The translations under genes and the position numbers were made by a program. This document shows, piece by piece, positions 26,198 to 35,942 of a stretch of DNA of 39,430 nucleotides. Position 1 is the stretch's first letter. Every line of letters starts with the position of its first letter. Under the pieces are notes generated by a model. That model saw only the letters and a list, made by a program, of their open reading frames with translations, did no database searches and was not told where the DNA came from. Origin of the DNA: a virus (lineage: Duplodnaviria > Caudoviricetes); the IMG/VR virus record IMGVR_UViG_3300020045_002532, positions 1 to 39,430 of that record; one strand, written 5' to 3'.

Positions 26198-28606
26198 ATG
26201 GCAACCTTGGCGGAAATTGAAGCGGCAATCGCAAAGGCGGAAAAGGCGGGGAAACCTGATCTTGCCAATCAATTGCGCGCTTATGCCGACCAGATGAAAG
26301 CCGTTGATGCTGACCGCGTTACGGCAGCTATTGCCAAGGCCGAAGCGGCAGGGCGGATGGATCTAGCCGACCAGTTGCGTGCGGCGGCCCCTACTACTGT
26401 ACAAACCCCTACAGCCCCTACTCCGCCCGCTATTGATCCGAATTTGCCCGCCCCGCCACCGATGGGTGGAAGCCGCACGGCAGAAGAAATCATGGCAAAC
26501 CCACAGAAGCCAGCGCAACAGCCGGAAAGCTTCGGGCAGACGGCATCCGCGTTGATGGAGGGACCTGTATCGGCCATGCAGGCATTCGGCGGCGGTCTTG
26601 CTGGTGGGCCATCGCCATCGCGCGATTACCTTGCCAACGATCCGCTGACACGCGGGCTTCCCGGCCCTGTGTTGACGGGCCTAGGGGCTATTGGTGATGT
26701 TGGCGGCGCTGGGCTGTCCGCGCTTGGGGCCGGCCTGTCCGGGGCTGTGGGGCTTGCTACAGAGTTGGTGCCGGGGCAAACCGCGCAAAGCCGTGAACAA
26801 CTCGGCAGCGAATTGATTGGTATGTCGCAATTCGCGGTTCCTGAGTTGGCTGGTATGTCTAGCATTGCCTCTCTTGGCAGTGCTGCGGCCAAGGGTAGCA
26901 ACGCGGCATCGGGCTTGACCCGCGAGGCGGCGGCGGTGAAGCAAGCATTCACACCGCGCGCGGCGGCACCTAAGCCTGTCGCCCCAACCCTTGCAGCCCC
27001 TGCGGTTGCGCCTGCTGCCAAGGCTGCGGCAGAAACGCCGGAAGCTGTCGCGGCGCTGGTGAAAAAGGCCAGCAACGGCGGCATGGGTGCGGTCAAGGCA
27101 CAAGAGCAACTAGCAGAGGCCGCGCGCCTGAACCCAGAGGCTAAGGCCGCTGCGGATCGGTTGGGCATTGAACTGCCAGCGGACGTGTTTTCCGACAACG
27201 AAATGGTAAGGGCTGCGGCTGGCCTGACCCGATCCGAGGTCGGCAAGGAACCGGAAGCGCTATGGCGTGGGGCGATCAAAGCCGCCCGCGATAAGGCGGA
27301 TGAAATCATGCAGGCCATGGACGGATCGCCGGATATTGCTAGCGTATCGGATGCAGTGAAATCGTCTCTGCAAGCCACACAGGCGGAACTGAAAACCGCT
27401 GCGAAGGCGATGTATGACATGGTTGACGCAAAGGTGCCGAAGTCGTCTCAAGTGCCAGTGCAGAATATCGTCAAGGCGCTGAATGGCGTGATTGAGGATA
27501 TTGGAGGCATCAATGGGCTGTCTCCGGCAGAGCGGGGGCTTTACAACCTTGTCACGGGGTCAGAGCCTGTCACCTATGGGCGTCTGCTGCGTGAGAAAGC
27601 CGATATTGGCCGCGCCATTGCCCGTGCTGATGGCCCATATGGCAACATGGATCAAGCCACTCTTAAGCGCATGTATGGCGCTGTGGCAGAGGATCAGCTT
27701 GCGGCTGTTGAAGCGCTTGGCGATGCTGGTTTGCGCGCCCAACTGCGAGAGGCCAACCAACTCACAGCCAAACAAAAGGGGCTGGAAAAGCGCATTGTTA
27801 CCGCGTTCGGGTCTGATCTTGACGGGTCTATCGGCGCAAAGCTTCGGTCTGCTATTGCGCAAGGGTCAAAAGGCGATATTGCCGGATTGAACCGAGTGCT
27901 GAAAGTCATACCGAACGACCTGAAAAAGCAGGCAGTCGCCTCTGCGCTATCTTCTGCAACCCGATCCGCCCGCGCGACTGAGCCGGGGTTTGGGCTGTCA
28001 GAGTTCACCAAGACGTTCAGCGGCATCAAGGCAAACAGGCCTGTCCATTTGCAGATCAGCCAAGCCATCGGGCCGGAAGCAACATCCATGCTTGACGATC
28101 TACTGACTGTTGCCAAGCGCATCACTTCGGCGGATAGCAATGTGTTGCGAACAGGAAAGGCCAACCAGGTTCTGGCTAACGCCATGCAGGCGGAGGGCTT
28201 GATCGGGCGTGTGCTGCACTCCACTGGTGGACAGCGCATTGTGCAGGCTACAGCTGGCGCTGCGGGCGCAACAATGGGCGGCCCAATGGGGGCCATGGTT
28301 GCAACCCCACTTGCTATTGCCATCACGGCAGCAAAGCCGGAAACGCTGGCACTGGCTGGCAAGATGTTCTCTAGCCCTGAGTTTATGCGCTTGGCAGAGG
28401 AAGCCGCAAAGGGGCGCGCTGCGGCTGCAACTGTGCAGGCTGTGGCAAAATCCCCTGCGTTCAAAGCATGGGCTAAATCGGCGCGTGTCAAGAACCCCGA
28501 TGCGATCTTGAAAGACGCGGGCCTTATCGCCCCCATCGCGGGCCAAGAGGCTGCAAACGCCAACCAGAATATTGATTATGACGCGCTTTTGGGGAGGTAT
28601 AAATGA
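26198..28606 (+). CDS. Large DNA ejection protein (P22 gp16-like)
   Basis: 802 aa, Ala-rich helical, third gene of the ejection trio; duplicated N-terminal AAIAKAE.AG..DLA.QLRA. Confidence 0.72.
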   Translation: MATLAEIEAAIAKAEKAGKPDLANQLRAYADQMKAVDADRVTAAIAKAEAAGRMDLADQLRAAAPTTVQTPTAPTPPAIDPNLPAPPPMGGSRTAEEIMANPQKPAQQPESFGQTASALMEGPVSAMQAFGGGLAGGPSPSRDYLANDPLTRGLPGPVLTGLGAIGDVGGAGLSALGAGLSGAVGLATELVPGQTAQSREQLGSELIGMSQFAVPELAGMSSIASLGSAAAKGSNAASGLTREAAAVKQAFTPRAAAPKPVAPTLAAPAVAPAAKAAAETPEAVAALVKKASNGGMGAVKAQEQLAEAARLNPEAKAAADRLGIELPADVFSDNEMVRAAAGLTRSEVGKEPEALWRGAIKAARDKADEIMQAMDGSPDIASVSDAVKSSLQATQAELKTAAKAMYDMVDAKVPKSSQVPVQNIVKALNGVIEDIGGINGLSPAERGLYNLVTGSEPVTYGRLLREKADIGRAIARADGPYGNMDQATLKRMYGAVAEDQLAAVEALGDAGLRAQLREANQLTAKQKGLEKRIVTAFGSDLDGSIGAKLRSAIAQGSKGDIAGLNRVLKVIPNDLKKQAVASALSSATRSARATEPGFGLSEFTKTFSGIKANRPVHLQISQAIGPEATSMLDDLLTVAKRITSADSNVLRTGKANQVLANAMQAEGLIGRVLHSTGGQRIVQATAGAAGATMGGPMGAMVATPLAIAITAAKPETLALAGKMFSSPEFMRLAEEAAKGRAAAATVQAVAKSPAFKAWAKSARVKNPDAILKDAGLIAPIAGQEAANANQNIDYDALLGRYK

Positions 28607-29331
28607 CAGATATGCTTTCCCTCATTCGGCAGTTCGAGGGGTTCCGGGAAACGCCTTATTGGGACGTGAACGCCCTGCGCACTGGCTACGGGTCCGACAC
28701 AGTGACCTTGCCGGATGGCACTGTGCAGCGCGTGACCGAAGGCACCCGTGTAACACGCGAAGATGCGGACCGCGATTTGCAGCGCCGGGTTCAGACAGAG
28801 TTCGTCCCGCGTGCGGCGGCGGCGGTAGGGCAGGATGTGTTTGCGCAGCTATCAGCCCCACAGCAGGCGGCGCTGGCGTCGATCACATATAACTATGGCT
28901 CATTGCCTTCATCTGTCGCCCGTGCAGCGCAATCTGGCGATGTAAATGCCACGGCAGAGGCAATCCGCGCGCTTGGATCGCAGAATGACGGGATCAACCG
29001 GGATCGGCGCAACCAAGAGGCAGACATTTACGCGGGTGCGGCAGGGCTTCCCGCTGGTGAAGCCACATCAGACGCCAATCCCTACGCGCGTCTGGCCTAT
29101 GCTTACGCCAATGGCAAAATGACACCAGAGGACGAGGCAATTTATGAGCGCGGCATGGCTGAGGGTGTGCTGCCAAAGGCTGAAAAGACCAAAGCGACCC
29201 CAGCATTGCCTAATCCGCTTTCGATCTACGCTAACACGGCGATGCAACAGCAAGCGCCGACACAGATCCAGCCGTTGCAAGCCGCAGCGGTTCAAAATGC
29301 CACCCCTCTGCAACGATTTCCGGGAATATAG
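28603..29331 (+). CDS. Virion-associated lysozyme-like protein
   Basis: LIRQFEGFRETPYWDVNALRTGYG (E/D/T triad spacing of T4-type lysozymes), ALASITYNYG, RRNQEA. Confidence 0.82.
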   Translation: MTDMLSLIRQFEGFRETPYWDVNALRTGYGSDTVTLPDGTVQRVTEGTRVTREDADRDLQRRVQTEFVPRAAAAVGQDVFAQLSAPQQAALASITYNYGSLPSSVARAAQSGDVNATAEAIRALGSQNDGINRDRRNQEADIYAGAAGLPAGEATSDANPYARLAYAYANGKMTPEDEAIYERGMAEGVLPKAEKTKATPALPNPLSIYANTAMQQQAPTQIQPLQAAAVQNATPLQRFPGI

Positions 29332-29333
29332 CC

Positions 29334-30470
29334 ATGGCCGTAAACAGCGTAATCCCGCCCTTTCCATCGTTCTTTGATACCGATGGAGTACCGCTTGAGG
29401 CGGGCTATATCTTCGTAGGACAGCCTGGCCTTGAGGCAAGGTCCGCACCAAAAGCCGCGTTTTTTGACTTGGCGCTGACAATTTCCACAGGGCCATATGT
29501 TCGCACCTTGGCTGGTATGCCCGCCAATAACGGTTCGGCGGCGATGATCTATGTGGATGGGGACTTTTCAACCACGGTTCTCGATAAAGCCGGGGTGGTG
29601 GTTTATTCATCGCTCAACCGCACGTTTGCCTTTGGGATCGAGGGCACCACATCGCAGCCGATCCAAGCGCCGGATGGCAACTTTGGCGAAACGGGCTTCG
29701 GCTTCATTGACGAGCCGAACACGGGATTTGTGCGCCAAAGCGCTGGCGTCATGCAGTCGGTTGTATTGGGTGATCTGATCTGGCAACAGACGGTTGGCGG
29801 GGTGGAGTTCTTCTTGCCGCCCTCTGGTGTTGGATTTGTCTCTGGCGTTGCCGCAGCACTGGATGACGACCTTAAGCAAATTTCGGCCATCACTGCGGTT
29901 GAAGGGGATATGCTTTACCGCAACGCAACCACATGGGCACGACTGCCCAAGGGCACGGCGGGGCAGGTGTTGCGCCAAAATGATGCACTGACTTCCCCTG
30001 CATGGTCGGCACAGATTACGGATCGGACACCGCAAGCCACCACAGCAGGAACGGCGTTTGACTTCACGGTTATTCCGGCATGGGTAAAGCGTATCATTGT
30101 GACATGCGCAGAGATTTCAGTGACAGGATCGGATAGCTTTCTTGTGCAGCTTGGCACGGCAAGCGGGTTTGTTGTCGTGGGGTATTCCAGCGGCGGCGGC
30201 TCATACACCGGGGGGGCTACGTCCGTAACTACGGCTTCGGACGGCTTCATTATCCGATCCGGTGGCGCTGGTGAGGGGTTCTCAGGCCACATGGTCTTGA
30301 CAAAAATCGGCACCACTTGGGTCGCATCCTACTGCGGCGCGGGCATTAGCCCATCCATCGGCACAGGCGGAGGCAGTGTTATCATTGCTGGGTCCATCAC
30401 GCAGCTACGCCTGACACGATCCGGCACAGACACATTCGACGGTGGGTCCGTCTCAATCAGCTACGAATAG
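29334..30470 (+). CDS. Tail fibre/adaptor with P22 tailspike head-binding-like N-terminus
   Basis: PFPSFFDTDGVPLEAGYIFVGQPG N-terminus; GDMLYR...WARLPKGTAGQVL fibre repeat; beta-rich C-terminal domain. Confidence 0.75.
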   Translation: MAVNSVIPPFPSFFDTDGVPLEAGYIFVGQPGLEARSAPKAAFFDLALTISTGPYVRTLAGMPANNGSAAMIYVDGDFSTTVLDKAGVVVYSSLNRTFAFGIEGTTSQPIQAPDGNFGETGFGFIDEPNTGFVRQSAGVMQSVVLGDLIWQQTVGGVEFFLPPSGVGFVSGVAAALDDDLKQISAITAVEGDMLYRNATTWARLPKGTAGQVLRQNDALTSPAWSAQITDRTPQATTAGTAFDFTVIPAWVKRIIVTCAEISVTGSDSFLVQLGTASGFVVVGYSSGGGSYTGGATSVTTASDGFIIRSGGAGEGFSGHMVLTKIGTTWVASYCGAGISPSIGTGGGSVIIAGSITQLRLTRSGTDTFDGGSVSISYE

Positions 30471-30478
30471 GGGCCGAC

Positions 30479-33181
30479 ATGTCCGACCAAATCAACCAAC
30501 TGACAAAAATTACTGATATCGCCAGCGATGATCAATTGCCAATCTGGGACACGTCAAACGCTGATACGCGCCGTGTACCATTTGATGTTTTTGCAACCCG
30601 CATCATCGCAGAGGTTCCTACGTCTGAACTTGCGCAGGCGTGGGCCGAAAGCTCAACGCCCCCAGATCCGCTTGATGCTGACAGCAAGTCGGCAAAAACT
30701 TGGGCTGGCATTGCCGAAAACTACGCCGGGTTCCTTGAAAGTTTTGTTGTGCCGACTTGGGGCACATTCACCACCGACAGCAGCCTGTCAAACGGGCGAG
30801 GGCCGTATGCTCTGCCATATGATCCTGTTGACGTTAGGTGTGTGGCGCTGACCGTTGGCGGCATTCCGCAGGTTCCGACGACTGACTTTACGCTGACCTA
30901 TGCCGGGGCGGTGGCGCAAATCCTGCTGGCGTTTGACATGCCAAGCGGGACGGTCTGCAATTACTGCATTCAACGGCCATTGCAGGCAGATCCGAATGCC
31001 CCTGCGATTACATTATCCCCGTCAGGCGGTGATGATGGGCCGCTTATCCAAGCGGCCTTAGTAGCTGCCAGCGGGCGCGAGGTCCGTGGAACGCCAGGAT
31101 CAGTTTTTAGGACTGCATCAACCGTTTCTGTGTCTGTTACGGCACCACCATTTCTTCGCGATCTGAATATCCTTGCCGAGCATAACGGCTTGGCGCTTGA
31201 TATTTTGGTTGATCCGGCTGGGCCTTATGCTTTGAGCGCGGATTACACGGCGGGCAGCACGACATTGCCGGTCGCTGCGATGGCCGTTGTGCCTAGCGCA
31301 GGCGCAAAAATCAAGATCGTGTCAAATGCGGTTGACCCGGCGAACCGAAATGAGGCCGCATCGAGCAAATATCGCACCGGGGAGTGGGCGGTTGTTGGCG
31401 AAGGGTCCACGACCACTAGCATTGTGCTGGCGCATCCTCTGGCGATCACCGAGGGGCTGACCGACGATCTGTTGACGCGCGGAAACCCTTATACCACGGC
31501 GTTCAATGCGCGGGTTCTGGTGCTGCAGGATGTGGCTGTTGATCTTTCTGGCTTGTCGATCTCTTACCCGGAGGGCGAGGCTTGGACCGCTACAGCAGTG
31601 CGGATCACGGGCGCAAACCTGGCCCGCATCAAAGCCCCTAAATTCGGCAAGGTTTACGGGTCTGCCTTGGCGCTTCGCGGGTGCTATGGGCCGCAACTGG
31701 ACGGGTCGTCTGTTGGCGACGTTACGACCTACGGCATTGCATCTTCGTCCTATGGCCTGCGCTCGTTTGGGGCAAATCTCGGGCAATCACGGCACGGAAT
31801 TACATCCACCGCTGGCACTGCGGCGCTAGACGCTACGGACAAGGGATCGTTGCTATCTCTGGGCCGCACAGTCGGACAAATCATGATCGGGGCGATTGCG
31901 CATGGTTCTGGGGCAGAAGCCCCTTTCGACACGCACCAAGATCAAGATGATAGCCTTTTTGTCGGCTGCATATCGGACGGCTGCACGGCGAATGAAGCGA
32001 TTGCTCTGCGTGGGCGTGGCAATCGGCATGTGTCACCCCTAGTCCGCAATGCGACAGGCGGCGGCGCGCTGATCTTCACTGAGGCTTCTTCGGGTGATGG
32101 CACGTCATGGACTTCCGGCCTGCTGCCGCAGGACATTACGCGGGGGGAAATCGTTTCGCCGCAGTTCGATGTGGGCCACTTTGTGTTCAACACAAACTTT
32201 GCCTTTGGGCGGCTGAGCGGCCCCGGAAATCACCGCACCAAATCGCAGCGTGCCTTTACCTCTAACGGCGGCGTGATGACCATTGCTGGGCCGCAACGGG
32301 TGGTCGCGGCTGGCGCTGGCGCTGACAATGAGGCTTGCATCACATGCACCAACGCCATCGCCGCGCTTCTGACGGCCATCCCCGAAGCACGAATTGACGT
32401 TGAAGCGCCAGTGGAGATTGACGCGCGGAGCATCACGGCAGTGGGTGTCATGGGGGTAGAGGTCGAAAGCGCATCAGTGCTGCGGGTGGCCGCGCCTGTG
32501 CTTCTGCGCCTGCCTTCCACAGCCACGCGCCTTTTGTCCGATGCAGGCACGATCACGGTCGAAGGCGATGGGTTTATTCGTTTTTCCGTTGAAGGTGCCG
32601 CCGACAATTCGATCACGCTTGGGCTGGCCCTGCGGGATAACCTGCGGGTGCAAAGCCTAGACGGAACCGTGGACTACGACACGACATTCCGCGATCTGCG
32701 GCAACTGGCATCGCTGCCCGCAGTGGGCGTTTCGCATTCTGGGACGGGGGCAGAGGTGCAAAACGTCTATGTCCCCCCTCATGGCTATGAGCCGTGGCGC
32801 GTGCTGAATGCGCGCGGTGTCGGGCAGTATCTTTGCCGCATCACAGGTTCAAAAACCGGGGCGGTGGGGGATGCAATAATTTCCGCGCGATCTGGCACGA
32901 CGAACTTCATCAGCAACTCCACCATCGCGGCGGCGGCAAACCGTTTCGAGATCGACTTTGCAATCTGGATCACTGCCGCTGATGCACAACTCAATCTGAT
33001 CACCTTGCGCACCTTCACCGATACCGGGACAGCATCGACGCAATTCCAGCGCCGCAACGCTGAAACCGAAGTGATCAATGCGGGTGATCAAATCCTGCGC
33101 ATCGGTGTCAATTCGGCAGTTGGCGACACGATCAACATCCACACCTGCGAAGTGTGGGCCACCGCAAAGGCGGTGCTTTGA
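30479..33181 (+). CDS. Tailspike / receptor-binding protein 1 (beta-helix)
   Basis: 900 aa; INQL...DDQLPIWD...TRRV anchor, GGDDGPLIQAAL helix cap, RHG and FDTH beta-helix motifs. Confidence 0.75.
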   Translation: MSDQINQLTKITDIASDDQLPIWDTSNADTRRVPFDVFATRIIAEVPTSELAQAWAESSTPPDPLDADSKSAKTWAGIAENYAGFLESFVVPTWGTFTTDSSLSNGRGPYALPYDPVDVRCVALTVGGIPQVPTTDFTLTYAGAVAQILLAFDMPSGTVCNYCIQRPLQADPNAPAITLSPSGGDDGPLIQAALVAASGREVRGTPGSVFRTASTVSVSVTAPPFLRDLNILAEHNGLALDILVDPAGPYALSADYTAGSTTLPVAAMAVVPSAGAKIKIVSNAVDPANRNEAASSKYRTGEWAVVGEGSTTTSIVLAHPLAITEGLTDDLLTRGNPYTTAFNARVLVLQDVAVDLSGLSISYPEGEAWTATAVRITGANLARIKAPKFGKVYGSALALRGCYGPQLDGSSVGDVTTYGIASSSYGLRSFGANLGQSRHGITSTAGTAALDATDKGSLLSLGRTVGQIMIGAIAHGSGAEAPFDTHQDQDDSLFVGCISDGCTANEAIALRGRGNRHVSPLVRNATGGGALIFTEASSGDGTSWTSGLLPQDITRGEIVSPQFDVGHFVFNTNFAFGRLSGPGNHRTKSQRAFTSNGGVMTIAGPQRVVAAGAGADNEACITCTNAIAALLTAIPEARIDVEAPVEIDARSITAVGVMGVEVESASVLRVAAPVLLRLPSTATRLLSDAGTITVEGDGFIRFSVEGAADNSITLGLALRDNLRVQSLDGTVDYDTTFRDLRQLASLPAVGVSHSGTGAEVQNVYVPPHGYEPWRVLNARGVGQYLCRITGSKTGAVGDAIISARSGTTNFISNSTIAAAANRFEIDFAIWITAADAQLNLITLRTFTDTGTASTQFQRRNAETEVINAGDQILRIGVNSAVGDTINIHTCEVWATAKAVL

Positions 33182-33230
33182 TGCGCTGGCCCGCCGATTT
33201 CCCCCGCAAACATGACGAGGATCAACCCAA

Positions 33231-34895
33231 ATGACGCTGTATTCCCCATACATGGCGCTCGGTCGCAACACGCTCTACACGTCAAATATCGTCAACGGTG
33301 ATCTGGACACGGCGGCAAAGATTGCAGCGATCAACGCCGCAATGGCGCAAACTGGCGTGCAAACTGTTGTTTTTGATCGGGCCTACAATCTGACCTTGGC
33401 CCGCACTGATCTCGTGGATGCGACGGCGGCGAAGCTGTTCAGCATCCCTTCTGGTCGGCGCGTGATCGGTGATCCTCTGCGCCCGCTGGATATGAGCATG
33501 ATGCCAAATTCTGGATCGGCCAAATACCTGTTCCGCGCAGAAGGCACGGCAGGCACGTCGCAGGCGCTTACGGCTGATCTTGCCAACGGCATCGGCGTGG
33601 CTGTTCTGGATGCGCCTAAAATGACCGCGCTGGGGCTTGTGAATGGAGACCGGGTTTCCATCACCTCGGACCGCCTATTCATCGCTGGAGGCACGGTTGG
33701 GACTGAGGAATGCGGCGAGATTGCAACCGTTGTCAGCACCACGGCTACGGGTTTTACATTCTACCCTGCGGCGCAAGACAGCTACACGGTGGCAGACGCC
33801 GCCAAGGTGCAAAAGCTGACCATGGCGCGCATTGGGCTTGAGGGCCTTCGCGCTATCGGGCCGGGTCAATTTGCGACAGATGTTGTTGGGGATCGGATGC
33901 TACATCTAGTCTGGTGCGATGGGCTGGAAATTGACGGGCTGGCCTCGGAATACTTCGACAACGGCAACTATCTCTATTCCTGCCCCGATGGGCGGGCTAC
34001 AGATTTCCGCGCGATTTTCCAGCCTGCGGGCGGGCGAACCTCAAACCAATACGGGCTTGCAGCGGTGAACGCCTGTCAGGATTTTGTGATTGACAGTGCC
34101 TATATCGTGAGCGGCAAGCATGGCGTGGTACAAACAGAAAGCTCGATTGCGCGCGGTGTCACGCGGCGTCTGACCGTGAAGAATTGCACCGTTACCGGGA
34201 CGTGGAATTACGGCATCGCCATGCATACCAACGCCGAACAAATCACGGTTGAACGTAATACTGTGGTGGGATGCAGCGGAGGTCTTGAGGCGGGTTGCCG
34301 CAGCTTCGTTTCGCGCAACAATACCATCCGGCAACTGCGTTACTTGGCGGGTGATCTGGGCACTGGCATCGGGATTAACGAGGTTTGCGAGGATGTGCTG
34401 TCTAGCGGTGATCGGGTCTATGACGGCGGCTTCGGTATCCGGCTTGAAACAGGGGTTGTACCATTGCTTTCCGGGTCTGTTGGGCCTGTCAAAATCAAAA
34501 TTGAAAACTTCTTGGCATCGGGCAGTAATCAGGACGGCATCAGGATCAAGTGGGATGGCGCAGGCGCGCGGTATGACGTTGATCTGCGCGATATCTGCAC
34601 CTTTGGTATCGGCCAGCCTGTAGATGCGGTGACGGGTTTGCCCGATGCGGCTGGGGTTCCTACCGCAGCCAGTTCTATCGACGTGCGCGGCAATGCAGCG
34701 GGCGATCTTGGCCGAGTGAAAGTTGATGGCGCAAACCTTCAAGCCTTCACTGGATCGGGCGGTACGAATACCGCGACGGCGCTAATCACGCAATTCTGCG
34801 CTGGCGTGCATGTCAATGATGTGAGTTACGTCAACCATGCAGCGCCATCTCTTTCAGGCACAGGCGTAGTCTCAAGCGAAATCAACGCTTGGTAA
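33231..34895 (+). CDS. Tailspike / depolymerase 2 (pectate-lyase-like beta-helix)
   Basis: 554 aa; SGKHGV, VKNCTVTGTWNYGIAMH and ITVERNTVVGC beta-helix rungs; no long N-terminal anchor. Confidence 0.75.
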   Translation: MTLYSPYMALGRNTLYTSNIVNGDLDTAAKIAAINAAMAQTGVQTVVFDRAYNLTLARTDLVDATAAKLFSIPSGRRVIGDPLRPLDMSMMPNSGSAKYLFRAEGTAGTSQALTADLANGIGVAVLDAPKMTALGLVNGDRVSITSDRLFIAGGTVGTEECGEIATVVSTTATGFTFYPAAQDSYTVADAAKVQKLTMARIGLEGLRAIGPGQFATDVVGDRMLHLVWCDGLEIDGLASEYFDNGNYLYSCPDGRATDFRAIFQPAGGRTSNQYGLAAVNACQDFVIDSAYIVSGKHGVVQTESSIARGVTRRLTVKNCTVTGTWNYGIAMHTNAEQITVERNTVVGCSGGLEAGCRSFVSRNNTIRQLRYLAGDLGTGIGINEVCEDVLSSGDRVYDGGFGIRLETGVVPLLSGSVGPVKIKIENFLASGSNQDGIRIKWDGAGARYDVDLRDICTFGIGQPVDAVTGLPDAAGVPTAASSIDVRGNAAGDLGRVKVDGANLQAFTGSGGTNTATALITQFCAGVHVNDVSYVNHAAPSLSGTGVVSSEINAW

Positions 34896-34943
34896 GCAGT
34901 CAGGCTGTGCGTAATAATCAACCCATAATCAAAGGAAAATACG

Positions 34944-35177
34944 ATGACTGAACGCGAAAACATTGCGCTGATCCAAAAGGCGCTCGGAACCATTAAGGCT
35001 GCTGCGAAAGAGGAAATCGCACGTGCAAAGGAAAGCGGCAATCCGCGCCTGATCAATGCGTGGGGCAAGGTGTTTCACAGCACCGGAATGCACCACGCAG
35101 CACTGACCGATCTGCTGTTTGAGAACTTCCCGGAATTTGCGGGTGAAGTCGTCATTATGGGTCCGGGCGGGCGATGA
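34944..35177 (+). CDS. Small helical protein ending VVIMGPGGR
   Basis: AAGGA RBS; ATGA-coupled to the downstream membrane protein. Confidence 0.7.
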   Translation: MTERENIALIQKALGTIKAAAKEEIARAKESGNPRLINAWGKVFHSTGMHHAALTDLLFENFPEFAGEVVIMGPGGR

Positions 35178-35635
35178 GCATTTGGCAGGCCATCCTAATC
35201 GCAGGCTGGGTTCTGGCACTCATTGCCGGAGCCGATAAGCGGCTTGCTTTCGTGATGGCCTGCAACTTTGCGGTGACAGCGATTTTTCCTGATCACATCG
35301 GCATTGTGGGGCTGGCCGATCTGGCGACAATCGCAGCGCTGGCATTGATCAGCACACGCGGCCAAGTAATAGCCGCTCTATATGTCGTCTGTGCCGTAAT
35401 TAACGCCAGTGCGACACTGCTAAGTTTGCCCACAGAAACAACCTATGCGATACTAGACCCGATTGGTTGGCTCATGTTGGTGGTATTGGCAAATGTGGAT
35501 ACAGGATTACGCAGCCGCTTTAATTCCTTTAGGCGTTTTGTTCGACGCCGCAGTGTTGGGGTGGTGGATTTTATGGCGAAACGGCGTAACATTTGCTACC
35601 GTTTGGCGGTGGATTATCGGAAAGATAAGCGATGA
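35174..35635 (+). CDS. Polytopic (about 5 TM) membrane protein
   Basis: Five hydrophobic segments followed by an Arg-rich tail. Confidence 0.7.
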   Translation: MSIWQAILIAGWVLALIAGADKRLAFVMACNFAVTAIFPDHIGIVGLADLATIAALALISTRGQVIAALYVVCAVINASATLLSLPTETTYAILDPIGWLMLVVLANVDTGLRSRFNSFRRFVRRRSVGVVDFMAKRRNICYRLAVDYRKDKR

Positions 35636-35832
35636 TGGACCCTGAACGGGAACGGATTAGGGCAGAGGCTCGGGCGGATGCGGATCTACACAATCGTCTG
35701 GAAAATGTGGAAAAAGACGTGAAGGAAATGAAGGCTGTGCAGACATGGGGTGTCAGGGGATTGGCTGGCGCGGCGGCATATCTTGCCGTTCAGCTTTGGA
35801 CATTCATCTCCGGTGGCGGGGTGATCAAATGA
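35632..35832 (+). CDS. Holin-like protein (coiled coil plus single C-terminal TM)
   Basis: RLENVEKDVKEMK followed by WGVRGLAGAAAYLAVQLWTFI; upstream of the endolysin. Confidence 0.55.
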   Translation: MMDPERERIRAEARADADLHNRLENVEKDVKEMKAVQTWGVRGLAGAAAYLAVQLWTFISGGGVIK

Positions 35833-35942
35833 CCAAAGCGGCCTCATTGCTCGTGGTTGCCCTCGCGGCGGCTAATATCGTGACTGACCTTTTCGGGCAT
35901 ATGCCAGACACGCCGGATCAATACAGGATTGAGCAACGATGA
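35829..35942 (+). CDS. 37-aa peptide with hydrophobic N-terminus
   Basis: MTKAASLLVVALAAANIVTDLFGHMPDTPDQYRIEQR; ATGA overlaps on both sides. Confidence 0.55.
   Translation: MTKAASLLVVALAAANIVTDLFGHMPDTPDQYRIEQR

Noticed and set aside
26281-28563. Long minus-strand ORFs opposite the ejection gene (also opposite portal and coat)
   Set aside because: Shadow frames expected from GC-rich, Ala-rich coding on the plus strand; no RBS or motifs
33178-33234. Frameshift or read-through fusion of the two tailspikes
   Set aside because: Only an 18-codon bridging frame; the second spike has its own GAGG RBS and ATG, and no clear slippery site
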